The notes: generated from the sequence alone by a model not told the origin. Shown: positions 12,999 to 26,770, counted from the first letter of the stretch. The stretch is 64,000 nt of DNA from Callorhinchus milii (GCF_018977255.1 NW_024704742.1:54686001-54750000); one strand, 5' to 3'. Numbers and translations: made by a program.

Positions 12999-14574
12999 AT
13001 ATGCCTTAACCATTCCTTAATAATAATTATCCTGCTGAGAGAAGTAATGAAGGCAGGATCCATTAGTTTTCAAAGGGGAGCTCAATAGATTTCTAATTTA
13101 AGCGGTTATGGAAGTTGGGTAAGTGGAACTGAATGGATTTCACTTTCAAAGAGCCAGCCCAGACATGATGGGCAAAATGACCTTCTTTGCATCCTGACAA
13201 CAGCTATTTGTACTTATGTACAGCTTTCACATAATGTCTCAAAGTGTATTACAAATACTGAGTGCAAGCCCGCACTAAGAGAGAGAAGGGAAAGGTGGCA
13301 GAAGATACAATCAAAGAGATAGCTCTTTAGATATGTTTGAAATGTAGAAAGGGAGGAGGCTGGGTAGATGCATTTCAGAAGAAATGAAGGCAAAGTGGCT
13401 TTCATTGAGACTTTCCATTTTCTTGGATAATATTTTGGCTGTGGACCTGAGTCCACTGGTATGACTTGAACAGCAATCTAACCCTCTATGTCTCTTAAGT
13501 GACATTATTAAATGATTTGGGGCACCGTGAAGCAAAACTAAAGCTGGTTTATTTAAATAATGTGTATAACTATGCTATTGTAATCTACACTGTTTCAATT
13601 TTGTCTAGTTTTCTTGCGTTTGCTAAATATTGGGACGGCTGATCTCTGGTGATGCAAGTGTTCAGATAATATTAATCCTTCCATTTGATATAACACCTTT
13701 CACGTTGGGAGGACATCTTAAAGTGCTTCACAGTATATCGGTACAAGATATACTGTAAAGTGTATTTTGTAGACAAACTGATCCTTGGTTGTATGCAAAA
13801 GACTGTTCATCTACTTCCTCTGCCATAGTGGTACTTATAACATGGTTGGGAGCATTTAGGATTGGAAAGGCTTACCAGGAAGACTGCTAGAGGCTAGGAC
13901 ACTGGACATTTAAAAAGAAGTTTGATGTTGTGGTGTGGGGACAGAAGAGTGGGTGTTCTGGAGGGATGAAATTGGTTAGGTTGAAGGGCTTTCTTCATCC
14001 TAACCAATTTTCTGATCATGTGATTTGTAACCTACTTCTTCTTAATCTGTGGTACTTTATCATTGAAATGTGTCAAAGCACTTTACAGGATCTCCTGTAG
14101 AGTATAGTGACTATTTATTTCATAGGAAATATTGTCCCTCTTCTTGCTCTCCAGTAAAGAAGAAAAGGGATTGAGAAATTTATAAAGGAATTAGACAAAA
14201 AAAATCGGAAGGAGAGTGAAGGGTTGGGGGATAAAAATGGTTCTAATGACCTCCTGCCTCTCCATTTGTATGATGTATATTATTCAGAGACAGAGGAAAA
14301 CTAGCTACCATTAATAAGCAAGTGGAAGCCTTATTAATAAAGAACTATTTAGCAGTATTTTTAGTCCTACAGCTTATTTTCTTTTCCTACTATTCTCGGT
14401 CTTTGGCACCTGGTTAGGATTGCGCCCAATATAAAATGAGTCAGTCCTTAGTGAGCGCTACAGAGAGGAGATGCATGACGGATTTTCTGATAATCTCAAG
14501 AGGCTGCTACCCTCCATACCAGACTGCAATACTTGGGCTACGTTTCTTTTTCAACTTGCCTAAAATATTTTTAA

Positions 14575-14890
14575 AAAAGCATTCTTGCATTTGACATAGT
14601 CTTTTCACATTGTTGAAATACCTCAAAGTGTTTCACAGGATTTTACTGTGAAGTGTAGTGACTGTACATTTTGTAGGCAATGTGGCAGTCAATATTATGC
14701 ACAGCAATGTCCCACAAACAGCCATGAAGTGAATGATTGACTGATCAATTTTATCTGGGATTTCTTGGCCAAGACGCTTGGAGAAACACCGTTGTCTTTT
14801 CAGGTAGTGGCATGAGATCTTTAACGTCCACTGAACAAACAGACGGGACCTCCGTTTAATGTTGCATTCAAAATAACAGCACTCTGATAA
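14575..14890 (-). mobile_element. Deu-domain SINE (family B)
   Basis: Reverse complement contains the Deu core and the SINE/L2 tail. Confidence 0.75.
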
Positions 14891-16548
14891 TACATGTACC
14901 TATTCCATAGCAGAACCAAAAACAATTCTCAAATGTTTCTTCTTAAATACAAATTACACTAAAAGGTGGATAAATGATGTATCATTATTGTTACAATAAT
15001 TGCATATAGTGCTTTTAAGTATTTTCTGTAAAACAAGCTAATGATAAAACTTAGGAATCTTTGGAAATATTAAGGGATATTATAGTGGCAGAGAATAGAA
15101 TCATAGGATGCAATACAGTAACAAGAGGGTCTGGAAACTGCATACCATTTCTGACAAATCAGTGCAAAGGCAAAACAGGGGAGGGCAGTGTCTGAAGGAG
15201 CCGACTAAGCTGTAATTGCAAAGCTAAAAAGAACTCTTTGTTTGAAGGGATAATAGAGCTGAAACATTGGATATCACTGACATTGGAAAGGAAATGGGTG
15301 GAGAAGAACAAATACTTCTTTCCAAATGTGCTGAAATGAGTGCAGCTTCTGAAATAAATGGCACTGCTCCACCCCACAGCACCTCAGCCACAAGTGGCAT
15401 TGGAGCAGATGTCCATTCTTCACAACTGATTAGAGGGTAAACATACTTCAATAAAACTTAAAATATATCTGCTAGAAAAATTCCAAGTACGCTTTGCATC
15501 TCTGTAGAGTTCATACACATGAGCACAGAGCTCACGAGATGATGCCATTAGATTTCAAATTTGCATTTTTCTTTATCTACATTTTAAATATTTGGAGTTG
15601 ATGTAGTCTCTCATCATGAATTAAAGTGCCTCACATGATATGTTACTTTGTCTATGTAGTAATCCTTGTCATGTAGGCAAATGCAGCAACTACTCTGCAA
15701 CAGCAATGTGCAGAAGCAACAATAAGATAAATGACCAGATTTAATCCATTTTTTAGGGAGTGGGGGAATTTGGATAAAGAAGATTGATTGTTTCAGTGTC
15801 AGGATACTGGTTCAACACCCTGCTCATCTTCAAAATAATACCACACAATCTTTAACCTCCATCTAAACCGCCAGTCAGATGGTACCTCAATTTTACACCT
15901 TGTCCAGTGGGTAGAGGCTGTTACTGATTGTTTCATTGAAGCAACTGTTTCAGCACGACTTGCTGTTAAGTTGTGCTCTCACCGCACCACAGACCTAAAT
16001 TGCAATTGTAAATGTGCTAAATTGTGTTTGAACTCTTCATACATGAAACAAAAAAAAGGTTTTGTTCACACATTAATATTATAATTGTCAGTGGGTTTCC
16101 TTGCATGGTTGTATGATCTTTTGGGATCAAAGGTTCCCAAAGCTTTCCACCATGATGGTAGACTAATCCATACAGAATTAATTGCTTTTAACATCTCCAT
16201 TATTGTAGCATGTGTCTACCAGGATGGGAGAAGGCGGTCTAGATGGACCTTGGTCTTTTATCTTCTAGCAAATTCATATGTTCTTAAGTTCCTTTGTTCT
16301 TATGTATCTGATATGTTTGGTGCAGCAGCTTGAGGATGTAGCTCTCACTATCAGCTGACATTGATGGCTGGCCCATTGCTGTCAAAGAGTAGAGTTCAGT
16401 GTGTAAAAGTCCGGTGCCGATAAGTAGCCCACCCACAAACAAGACTTTTGCAGTACCTCCTCATCATTCTACATGGTAACCAGGCATCTTGCAATGTTGG
16501 GATATGTTCAATATTGCAAAGGAACTCAGAATAGCACATGGCCCTCCA

Positions 16549-17305
16549 TATATAAGCTTGATGGTAGAATCTTAAAGAGGGTGAAGGAACAGAGAGACCT
16601 GGAAGTTCATATAAGTAAATCTTTGAAAAGAGCTGGAGAGGTAAATAAAGTTGATAAAAAAAACATACAGGATACTAGGCTTTATAAATAGGGGCATAGA
16701 ATACAAAACTCGGGAAGTTATGATGAACCTTTATAAAACAGTGGTTAGGCCTCAGCTAGAGTACTGTGTGCAGTTCTGGGCACCACACTTTAGGAAGGAT
16801 GTCAAGGCAGTGGAGAAGGTGCAAAGGAGATTTACCAGGATCATACCAGGAATGAGGGACTTCAGTTATCAGGAGAGACTAGAGAAGCTAGGATTATTCT
16901 CCTTGGAGTAGGGAAGGTTAAGAGGAGACTTAATAGAAGTGTTTCAAAATTATGAGCGGATTCAATAGGGTGAACAAGGAGAAACTATTTCCACTGGTGG
17001 GTGGGTGGGTGGGTCAGTAACCTGAGGACACCGATTTAAAATAGTTGTTAAAAGAAAGAGGGGAGGCGACGAGAATTTTTTCACACAGCGAGTTGTTCAG
17101 ATCTGGAATGCATTGCCTGAAAGGGTGGTGGAAGCCAATTCGATAACAACTTTTAAGAGAGTAGATAATTATTTGGGGAGGACAAGTTTGTAGGGCTATG
17201 GGGAGAGAGCGGAGGAGTGGGATTGATTTGGATAGCTCTTCTCAAAGAGCCGGCACAGATACGATGGGCCAAATGGCCTCTGTCTGTACTGCATAATTCT
17301 ATGAT
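16549..17305 (+). mobile_element. CR1 LINE 3' end
   Basis: LYKTVVRPQLEYCVQFWAPHFRKD...VQRRFTRIIPGM; CR1-type 3' UTR (gggccaaatggcctc...attctatg). Confidence 0.93.
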
Positions 17306-17386
17306 ATGTACAAGCCCAGGCTCCCACTAATATACGTGGCAGCCAACGGATCAAAATGCCCCAGTTATGAGTTAAACAACAACAAG

Positions 17387-17425
17387 TACCTTTGTGGTTG
17401 CCTGCTCAGGGCAACCACAAAGGTA
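17387..17425. repeat. Perfect 16-bp inverted repeat with a 7-nt loop
   Basis: TACCTTTGTGGTTGCC-tgctcag-GGCAACCACAAAGGTA. Confidence 0.95.
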
Positions 17426-17759
17426 AATGGAAAGATTTACCATTAACCACTACCTGCTGACTTCCAATTGTGAGATTTACAAATGCCATTGGAATCAGGT
17501 TTCCCAGATCAAGAGAGTGGGTTCAATCTAGCACAACATCCCCACACTTTAATCAATTCAAACACAGATAGATTATACTTATATATAAGTTACTCATAAA
17601 TTACATTCATTCATTATGACTAGAAATTTAATAACAAAAACATACAATCCAATTTAATTGATAAAGAGTCTTGTGTCAGGAAGATGTCTCAAAGCACTTT
17701 AAAATGATACCATATCTTTAGGCTGTAGATTTACAAAACCATTTTGAAAGTCTCTGGCC

Positions 17760-18120
17760 ATGACTTAAGGGAGGATCCAACAGATGTTTTCAATGTTATG
17801 AATGATTTAAATAGAGTAAACAGAGAGACTACGGCTACCGATTGGCAAGTCAGCAACCAGAGGGCATACATTAGGGATTACCAAAGAAGAAAAAAGTGGA
17901 GGTTAGAAACAAATACTTTACAAAGAGATTCGTAGAGAGTCTATAACAACATCCAAAATGAGACTGATTAAATACATGAGGAAAACAGTTGAAGGACATA
18001 AGGAAAGAGCAAGGGAATGGGATTAGACTGATGATTAGAGCCAGGTCCTAGCACCAGTAAACACATCAAAGCCAAAGGACCATCTTCTGGGATGTAAACT
18101 GTTTAATAATTCTATACCTT
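17760..18120 (+). mobile_element. Older degraded CR1 3' fragment
   Basis: Collinear similarity to the 16900-17305 part of the neighbouring CR1. Confidence 0.65.
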
Positions 18121-18689
18121 CATCATATGACCTGATTGAAGACTCATAGCAAACAAAATGCAAAGGGATTATGTTGAAAGTATCCACTGAGTAAATTGCT
18201 ACCCACTAAATTTAAAAAAACTCATGCACCACTATTTCCTTTATAACCAGACCTAAAAAACTCAAATCTGTAGAGAATTCACACAGCTGTGCTTTGTTTG
18301 TGGTGGTTTCCTTTGCCACTTTGAAATGTTTGCATATCAACCACTTGTAGTTGCCTTGTTGTTGCTGATCTTTCTTTCTCTTCTGTCTCTCATCACTGAA
18401 ATTCTCCCTCCAGGCTGCTGTCTCCCAATCTACCTACCATCAACCCCTTACATCCAGTACAATGAATAGCCTTTCACCCAGGCAAGACTAAAGCCTGCTC
18501 ATATGTTCACCCATCATTTCAATTGTACCAAAAGTCAACAAAGTTTTCACATCAAAAGAAGTTTTTTTTACAAAATTGAAAATTAAAGATTCGTAGAGAC
18601 CATTCATTTCACAAGTGTTTTAGAAACAACCAAGAAACGTATTTATTTAAAAACTGTAATGTTTAAAAAAAAACTGGATAAATTGGAAG

Positions 18690-18977
18690 TGCAGCCATTC
18701 AGATGAGATGTTAAACCAAGGTCCCGTTTGCCCATTCCAATGGACATTAAAGTGCATCAGAAAGGGAGGATTGTGGCATGAATAGAAAAGAGAAGGAAGT
18801 TTCTCCCAGTGCCCAGGCTGACAAATCCCCATATAAATATGATCATTTTTTCATGGCTGTTTATGGGGCATTGCCATGTGCAGATTGGCTGCTGTTTTCA
18901 CCTCCAATTGCATTGGACAGAAACGCTCATGTTTTTCAACATGGTAAGGCACCATATCAAATGCAGGGATTATTATT
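18690..18977 (+). mobile_element. Deu-domain SINE (family B), 5'-truncated
   Basis: cagatgagatgttaaaccaaggtcccgtttgcc...tggacattaaag core, then the shared 3' body and tail. Confidence 0.8.
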
Positions 18978-19469
18978 GCCTCAACAAAAGAAACGTCAGA
19001 GTGAATTTCTCTTACAATTTTCCCTTTCTATGGATGAGTACAGTCCAGCACTTTACTCAATTCTTCCAGGTAGTGATCACTCCATGGGGGAGTGATCACT
19101 TCCTCCTCCTTGGGGGGAGGTAAGCGGGGACTTTTTAGAACTGAACAGGCTTCAAGATGACATGCCTGGCAATGGAATGTCGGACTCAAGCAAGCCCTCT
19201 GTGGCAGCCTTAATAGTCCAGTTTGTGAGCCAGACTCCTGTTCAAAATATCTTTGTAAAATCTGCGCTGTAGTGGAAATGCAAATAAATGATTTCTTCTG
19301 ACAATGCAACCTAGTATCTAACAAAAACAAGAACTTTTCTTACAAACCAAAAAATTATTGTCCCTCCCCCACCACACTCACATTAAGAGTAGTTAACATG
19401 AAGCATTGCTAATGATAAAGTTACCATAGAAGCAAGTGTAAAAGAAGTTGACAAAAACCATATGCAATA

Positions 19470-20588
19470 ATGGAACCATAGAATATTAAAGCACAGAAGG
19501 AGGCCTTTCGGCTCATTGTGCCAGCTCTTTGGAAGAGCTTCCCAATCAGTCCCATTCTCCCGCTCTTTCCCCATATTCTTGCAAATTTGTCCTCTTCAAA
19601 TACCTATCCAATTTCCTTTTGAAAGTTGTTAATGAATCTGTTTCCACCACCCTTTTAGGCAATGCATTCCAGATTATAACAACTCTGTGTAAAAAAAATT
19701 CTCCTCATATACCCTCTGTTTCTTTTGCCAATTATCTTAAATCTATGTGCCCCGAGTTACTGACCCACCTGCCAGTGGAAACAGTTTCTCCTTATATACT
19801 CTATCAAAACCCCTCATAATTTTGAACCCCTCTATTAAATCTCCCCTCAACCTTTTCTGCTCCAAGGAGAACAATCCCAGCTTCCTCAGTCTCTCCACAT
19901 AACTAAAGTCCCTCATCCCTAGTATCTCCTCTGCACCCTCTCCAATGCTTTGATATCCTTCATAAAGTGTGGTGCCCCTAATTGGACACAATACTCCAGC
20001 TGAGGCATAACTAGTGACTTATAACAGTTTAGTAGAACTTCCTTGCTTTTGTACTCTATGCCTCGATTTATAAAGCCAAGGGTCCTATATGCTTTTTAAC
20101 AGCTTTATCAACCTATCCTGCTACCTGTGCATGTGAACCCGCATGTCTCTCTGCTTCTGTATGCCCTTTAAAACTGTAGCATATATGTATATTGCCTCTC
20201 CTCATTCGTCCCCCCCAAAATGCATCACCTCGCACTTCTCTGCATTAAACTTCATCTGCCATGTATCTGCCCATTTCACCAGTCTGTCTATGTCCTCCTG
20301 CAATCTGCTACCATTCTCCTCACTGTTTGCTATGGTTCCCACATTTTGTATCATCTGCAAATGTAAAAATGTTGCTCTCTATACCCAAGTCCAATTCATT
20401 TATGTGTATCAAAAAGAGCAGTGGACCTAATACAAACCCTTGTGGGCACCACTGTATACTTCCCTCCAGTCTGAAAAATAACCGTTCACCACTACCCGCT
20501 GCTTTCCGTCTCCCAGCCAATTTCTTATCCATGCTGCCACTGTTCCTTTTATCCCATGGACTTCAGTTTTGTTAACTAGTCTATTATG
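19470..20588 (-). mobile_element. CR1 LINE, 5'-truncated (RT to 3' end)
   Basis: PQGFVLGPLLFLIHINELD...FADDTK RT motifs, LGLFSLEQKRLRGDLIE, CR1 3' UTR. Confidence 0.93.
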
Positions 20589-21808
20589 AATAAAATCAAA
20601 CAGTTATATTTGTTATGTATTGGCACATGGAGTCACCCAATTCACTTTGAACAACAAGCATGTCTTGAGTTTCCTGCAGTGGCCAATGATGGCAAAAACC
20701 TATCCACTGACTAAAGCAACTGGAGTTAAACACAAACCCCAAAAGTTGCAATACGTTTCATGCAGAAATAACTGAAAGCATGTCATGAGAAACACATTGG
20801 TTAGAATAAGTTTCACAATTTAATGATCAAGTGATACTTACGTGCTTGATAGCTGACAAAGAATGGCTACATAGTCTTGCGGCCTGTTTTCCCGGTTGGT
20901 GCCCTTGCTTTACTATAAAGTCACCAGATACTTTAGGTAACTTCATTTTAAAGCACTGAGACAATTCTTGCAAGAAGAAAAATCTTTGCTATTTTAAAGC
21001 AAGGAATAGGAATCTTTCTCACATTCTTCTTATAGTTAAAGCTGTCAGAATTGGTCATTGGTGACACCACTGAGCAAAAGGTCAAACTGGTCCCTCTGAA
21101 AGCAAGCGATACTTGGCTGTAGCTTTTGTCTATGACATTTCTGACTAATCACCACAGAGATTCTTTCCCTTCTCTCTTAAACGCTGGGAACCGCCAGCCT
21201 ATCAGACTTTAAACCACTGGCTGCCTACAGCTGGTTATTTCCACTACTTTTACTCTCCTTTCACCACTTAGCCTGGGATTAGGTGTTAATTTTCTTCAAT
21301 GCAGTTTGAAGAAAAGTGGCCATGCTTCACAGTGTACAATTTAAAGTCAATTACCGAGGAGGTTCTCAATGAATCTATAGGTTTGATTTGTTGTATGGGG
21401 AATAAGCCTCCAGAATGAATTGGGAAATGAAGAAGCAGCCTCAGGAGATTAAAAAAATGCTGATTGCTCTCCATCCCCCCTGCACACTTAGTACCAAGGA
21501 CACTGAATGTCAGGTCAGCAGAGAGCTTTCTAACAGGTGTGCTCTGGTAACTTGGAATACAGATACCATCCAACCCTTCTCTATTTTAAACAAAGGCACG
21601 CACAATAAGCCATGGGATGAAAACTGTTACAGGTAATCTGAAAACTATCGCTTTGAGTTAAAATGGTATCTCATGAAGCATCATTAAACCGCCACGCTCT
21701 GCAGGTGGCAAGATCAATGACAGCCAGCAGCCTTCCTGGCCAGCTTTGGATCATAACACTGAGCTGTAATCAATGATGGTGAACCATTGACATCACCATT
21801 TAATATTT

Positions 21809-22630
21809 AAATGACTGAGGCCCTCCTGATTGGCTCACGCCAGCGCCTCAGCTCTGGCGGTATCAACCTCCATGGTTCCACACTTCAACTCACCAAGCCA
21901 GTCAGGAACCAAGGTGTCTTGTTTGACCCTCAACTGTCTTTTCTTCCCCATATCCAAACCATGACCCGCTCTGCCTTCCCTCACCTCCATAACATCGCCG
22001 GACTCCGCCACTACCTCACCCCTCAGGCCACTGAAACTCTTGTTCATGCCTTCATCACCTTCAGGCTCGACTATGCAAATGCCCTGCTTGTCCGCCTTCC
22101 TAACTCCTCCCTCCACAGATAATCCAGAACTCTGCAGCCCGTGTCCTCTCCTGCACCAAATTCCGTGACCCTATCTCCCCCATTCTCATCCGACTCCACT
22201 GGCTTCCTATCCTTCAGAGGATCCAGTTCAAGATCCTGGTACTCACCTACAAAGCTCACCTTGGCCTCGCCCCACCCTACCTCTGCGACCTCCTAAACCC
22301 CTACCATCCCATCCACTCCCTCCGCTCAGTTGGCTCCAGCCTGTTCCCCGACCCACCCGCCCCACCATTGGCGGGAGAGCCTTCAGTCACTCTGCCCCCA
22401 ACCTCTGAAAATCCATCCCCCAATCACTCCACCTCACCCCCTCTTTAGCCTCCTTCAAGTCCCGCCTCAAGACCCTCCTCTTCAACCATGCCATCGGCCA
22501 CCCCCCTTCCCCTCCCCTTCCTTCTCCCCCCCTGACCCCAGCTCAGGTCTGAAATGCTGTACACTGTCCAGCGCCTTGGGACATCCTCCCGATGTGAAAA
22601 GCGCTATACAAATGTAATCTTGTTGTTGTT
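21809..22630 (+). mobile_element. L2 LINE, 5'-truncated
   Basis: TEALLIGS...VRNQGVLFDPQLSF...HAFITFRLDYANALL; L2 3' stem-loop and (GTT)n tail. Confidence 0.92.
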
Positions 22631-24420
22631 AAGATTTCACACCACTTGTTGCAATTTTGGCATCAGTTTTTTTGCCATGCTGTTTTTTTGGGGAGGTGGG
22701 GGTTTGTTCATAAAAGAAACCACAATATTTGTGAAGCCAATGTATATTGGTCATTCTACCTCATGGCTGTTTGTGCAACATTGCTGCCAGGTTTGCCTAC
22801 AAAATACACAGTCACTACACTCTACAGTAAATCCTGTGAAGCACTTTGAGTTTCAAAGATGTTATAAGAACCCTATACCAAGTGCAAGGATTATTATGAT
22901 GACATTTTTATTACAGTATATGATTGAGTGATTTAACTGATGGGATTAATTTTATATCCAGGATACTGTAACAGTAAAAGGTATTATTCTATTCCAGCCC
23001 CATGTCACCCATCAATGATGATGGTTAATCACTACACTATTTTGTTTATTGATTTTAGGAAAGATATCTTTGCGTGTTAATAAATAAATGTAACTCAGTT
23101 TAAAATGAGAAATAAAATGGCAAAGCCTGAAATTAGTTGACCAAGGACTCCAGGATATCAGTTTAACATTACAATCTACACCATTCCACACTCATTGGTT
23201 GTATTCTCATAAACAGAAATATTTATTTATTTGTAATTTTCCTTATAACATTCAATCCAATTTTTACTTGCCAACTCATTTTGAAAGGACTTAATCTAAA
23301 TTCTGTATCATATTATGGTCTTGTCAATTTTACATATCGGACTGAAAAATTAAATGTTTCATAACAGATTCGATAACATATACACCAATTAACAAATCTG
23401 TTATGAGATATCACATATTTCATCTCACCTATTCGTTCTAAAGGGAAAGAATTTTAAACTCAAAATATTGCTTGAGGCTTGCTAATTTTGCGCTTATATC
23501 TTCTTGGTGTATAATTGCAATGTAAGTTCAATATCAAACTTACAGTTAATGTTAAACAACAAGCCTACAGCATTCTTTTCAGCATTTAAAGAATTAGATA
23601 ACATTTTTATCTTCTCAGTGGTTCGATTCCAGTGGTGCAACATATTGTACAAGATGTAGGTTGCTGATCATAATTTCACACACACTGAGTTCTTAATCTG
23701 AGCTATCCGGCCAAGGGTCACTGCAAACAATTGCAGAGGCAATTTGCTCCAAGGTTCACTCAACTCAAGCCCTACAGCCCACACATCTGCCGCCTGCCTC
23801 TGGCCTATTGTTCACTTCCCATACTCTCACTACTCCACAATGAGTGGCTGAGCTTTTGGCCTCTATGCCTCGGTTTGCCGGAAATTTCTCCATCATTATA
23901 CCTTCCTACCACTCATACAGTCTTCTCTCAGAAGTTGGGGGTTGAAGACCCACATCAAGTTTATAGTCTAGGATGAGACTGTTCTCTGGCCAAATCTCCC
24001 TTAGATAATAATGGTCATTCACTGCATGACTGTGACATTACTATGTGCAAATTGTCTGCTGCATTCACCTACAAATACAACACTTTTTAATAAGTCCTGT
24101 GAAGTGCTTTGAGATGTCTTAATGATATGAAAGGCATTATATTAAATGCAAGGATTATCATTATTATAAGGTACTATATCAAATTCAAAGATTATTAAAA
24201 AAAACTCCTTACAGCAGATCTCTATGACTGTGCCTTAAGTCGACATCATTAAATCTCGTATTACCCTGCGCTCTGTCTGCCATTGTGTTTGTCAAGCATT
24301 CACATGAAAGCTGTTGTATAAATACAAGTTGTTTCTGTTGTTGAAGAAAAATAATAAAGGTTAAGAATTAAGGGGAAGAAGAAGATGAATGGAATTAAAG
24401 CAGAGAGGAAAGCAGTCAGA

Positions 24421-24602
24421 AGGCCAAAAATTACATCTAATCTGAAGTCCATTTTGCCTAACAATTTAGGATTGAACAGAATTGTGGAAACTCTTTACAT
24501 CTAGTCTTGAGCATCTTCTAAATTAAGACTGAGTTTATGGATTTTCCACATTCTAACAAGACAAAATGGTTTTTCGGGTTAGGACTAGGTGGGATTTCTC
24601 AA
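24421..24602. mobile_element. Palindromic MITE, family M copy 1
   Basis: Nested inverted repeats (ccattttgcct/agacaaaatgg; gaattgtggaaa/ttttccacattc); similar to 47086-47237 and 49753-49981. Confidence 0.6.
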
Positions 24603-24690
24603 CCATGATAAGTTGAATGTCTCCATCAGGACTTTAAACTTTCTCTGATTCTATACATTCTTTGAACATTCAATAACAACAAATTGCATT

Positions 24691-25017
24691 TAATAATAAT
24701 AATAATCCTTGCATTTGTTATATTGCTTTTCATATCTTCTAGACGTCTCAAAGAGCTTCACACAATAGACTGTAAAGTGAATTGACTGTATATTTGTGAG
24801 GAAAAGGCAGAAGCCAATTGCAAATTATTATTGTTTCTTTAAGCATTATTATCCCCGGAAAAGTGATCTGCCAATCGACTAACAGCCGGGTTCCTACTTA
24901 GTGCTAGGTAAACAGAGGCATGTGGAATAAGGAAACTTGCCCAACATTTCGCCCTGCTAGGAATAGAACCCAGTTTACTTGCAAGGCAAGTGCTCTAACC
25001 ACTAAACTACAGGACTC
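24691..25017 (-). mobile_element. Young tRNA-SINE (family A), near full length
   Basis: tRNA head at 24950-25017 and (ATT)n tail at 24691. Confidence 0.9.
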
Positions 25018-25931
25018 ACAATTTGTATTGTGCTTAGATATAATCTAACTTAGATTGATGCGATGAAAGTCTCTGGTTGGCTGAAAATGTATAGTTTCTC
25101 CATCAATCATGGAGAAAAATCATTTTCGGCTGATGGAAAGAAAACAATCAGGTTTTGATTGAGTTATGAACACTTGGTACATATTCAATGACTAATGTGG
25201 AACAGATTTCATACTGCTCCATATTAATTTAACATGGTGTTCATTCCACTTTCAATTTCCACCCTACAGGTGGGCCAGAAAGCATTGAAACACAAAGTTC
25301 ATGATTCTGGTTCACCGTAGCCTGTCATACATTTTGGTGCCATTAGATAATGTCTTCCATTAGTAAGAAAACATGTTTAAAACAATGTACTTTGACATAT
25401 TTTATCATTTATAAACATACCCACTTCATTGATGATATTTTCTGAATTATGGTTCTGATCTTTTCTTCAAAAATATCTGATAGATTAATTAGTTAGTTAA
25501 ATGCTTTGAGACGTCCTCCCGACATGAAAGGCACTATAAAATATAAACTGTATTGTATTGAAAACAACCCGTTTGGCAAAGTTAGTTTAGCACAAGGTGT
25601 ACTAATGTACAGAGATGGGTGTCATTAATAACATAGTCTTATGACAATGTCTTCTTCAGTGACAGGTGTAGAATTTTTTTTAAAGTTTCCTTTCTTCCAG
25701 AAAAATGTATGTGTTGGTTTTCTCTCACAGTGTATTATTTTTCTGGAGCACCAGGTGTTGATGGGAGAGGCACTGAGATCACGGTTCTGATTTGGGAGCC
25801 AAGTCGCCGTGTCTTGTAAGTGCGCTCTGATCTCTTCTCCCATGTCAGGCCACCTTTGGCATGCTTCACGGTGATTTTACAGCCAATTCTCGACAGCTTG
25901 ATTGCATTTTCACTTTCTGTGTCAGAAATAA

Positions 25932-25950
25932 TTGCCTGCAGGTGGCACAC
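25932..25950 (+). promoter_or_regulatory. Candidate CTCF core motif overlapping an inverted E-box pair
   Basis: TTGCCTGCAGGTGGCACAC resembles the CTCF core (CCASYAGRKGGCRS); lies in a repeat-free island. Confidence 0.35.
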
Positions 25951-26379
25951 CTGCAATGGAACTCCCCTTTCCTAAGACCTTAAGGCAAAAGAACTGGAAT
26001 TGACTGGGTTTTCCGCAGTGGTGGCCCAAGAGGATCAGATGTTTTTTTAAAAAAAAACTATCTTCACTTCTGTGAAACCCTCCAGTGCACTCAAACAAAC
26101 AGTAGCTTTTGAATTGCCTCTATTAGCAGTGTTTAATAGTCTTTAAACAGCCTATTTGCAAGGTACGTTTTCAGTCGCTGGACAAATTGACACATAATTC
26201 TTTATCAATTCAATCATAATTTAAGAGGGTGGCAGTCGATTTTGACAGCTTGATTAACCTTTGTCAAATCTGAATTTTAAAGGAGCTGGGTTTGAAAACA
26301 ATTGCATTTTTTTATAGCATCTGCAATATGCCAAATTACTGTCACATGTACTGATTTATTTTTCAGGCAAGCAAGTACA

Positions 26380-26770
26380 ACAAACAACAACAACTTGCAT
26401 TTATATAGCACGCTTATGTAGCAGACAGTGGTCAAGCAAAGAAGGGGTGAGGGAGAAACGACCACGGGTAGGTTTTAAACTAGGATGTAAAGGCAGACAG
26501 AGGGGGTGGATTGGAGGGGTGTACCAAAGGTTAGGCTTAGGGTGTAAAGGCTTAGTCACCAATGGTGGTACAAAAGGAGCCAAGGATGGACAGCAGCCTT
26601 AAGTTATCCGAGCAGAGCAAGTGAGTGGAATAAAGATAAGGGTGGTGTTAGGGTCCGGAGGGGATTTATAGGTAAGGGTGAGGACCATGAGGTAAACAAT
26701 CAGAGAGAGGGTGTTGTTAGGCTGTGGAGGGGATTATAGATGAGGGTGAGGAACATGAAATTAATGATCA
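26380..26770 (-). mobile_element. Degraded L2 3' fragment with an internal tandem duplication
   Basis: (AAC)n tail at ~26380-26395 and a ~67-bp unit repeated at 26640-26770. Confidence 0.65.

Noticed and set aside
20842..20946. Minus-strand ATG-to-donor frame (MKLPKVSGDFIVKQGHQPGKQAARLCSHSLSAIKH|GTAAGT)
   Set aside because: Strong donor but only 35 codons, no recognisable homology and no partner exon; compatible with chance. RNA-seq would settle it.
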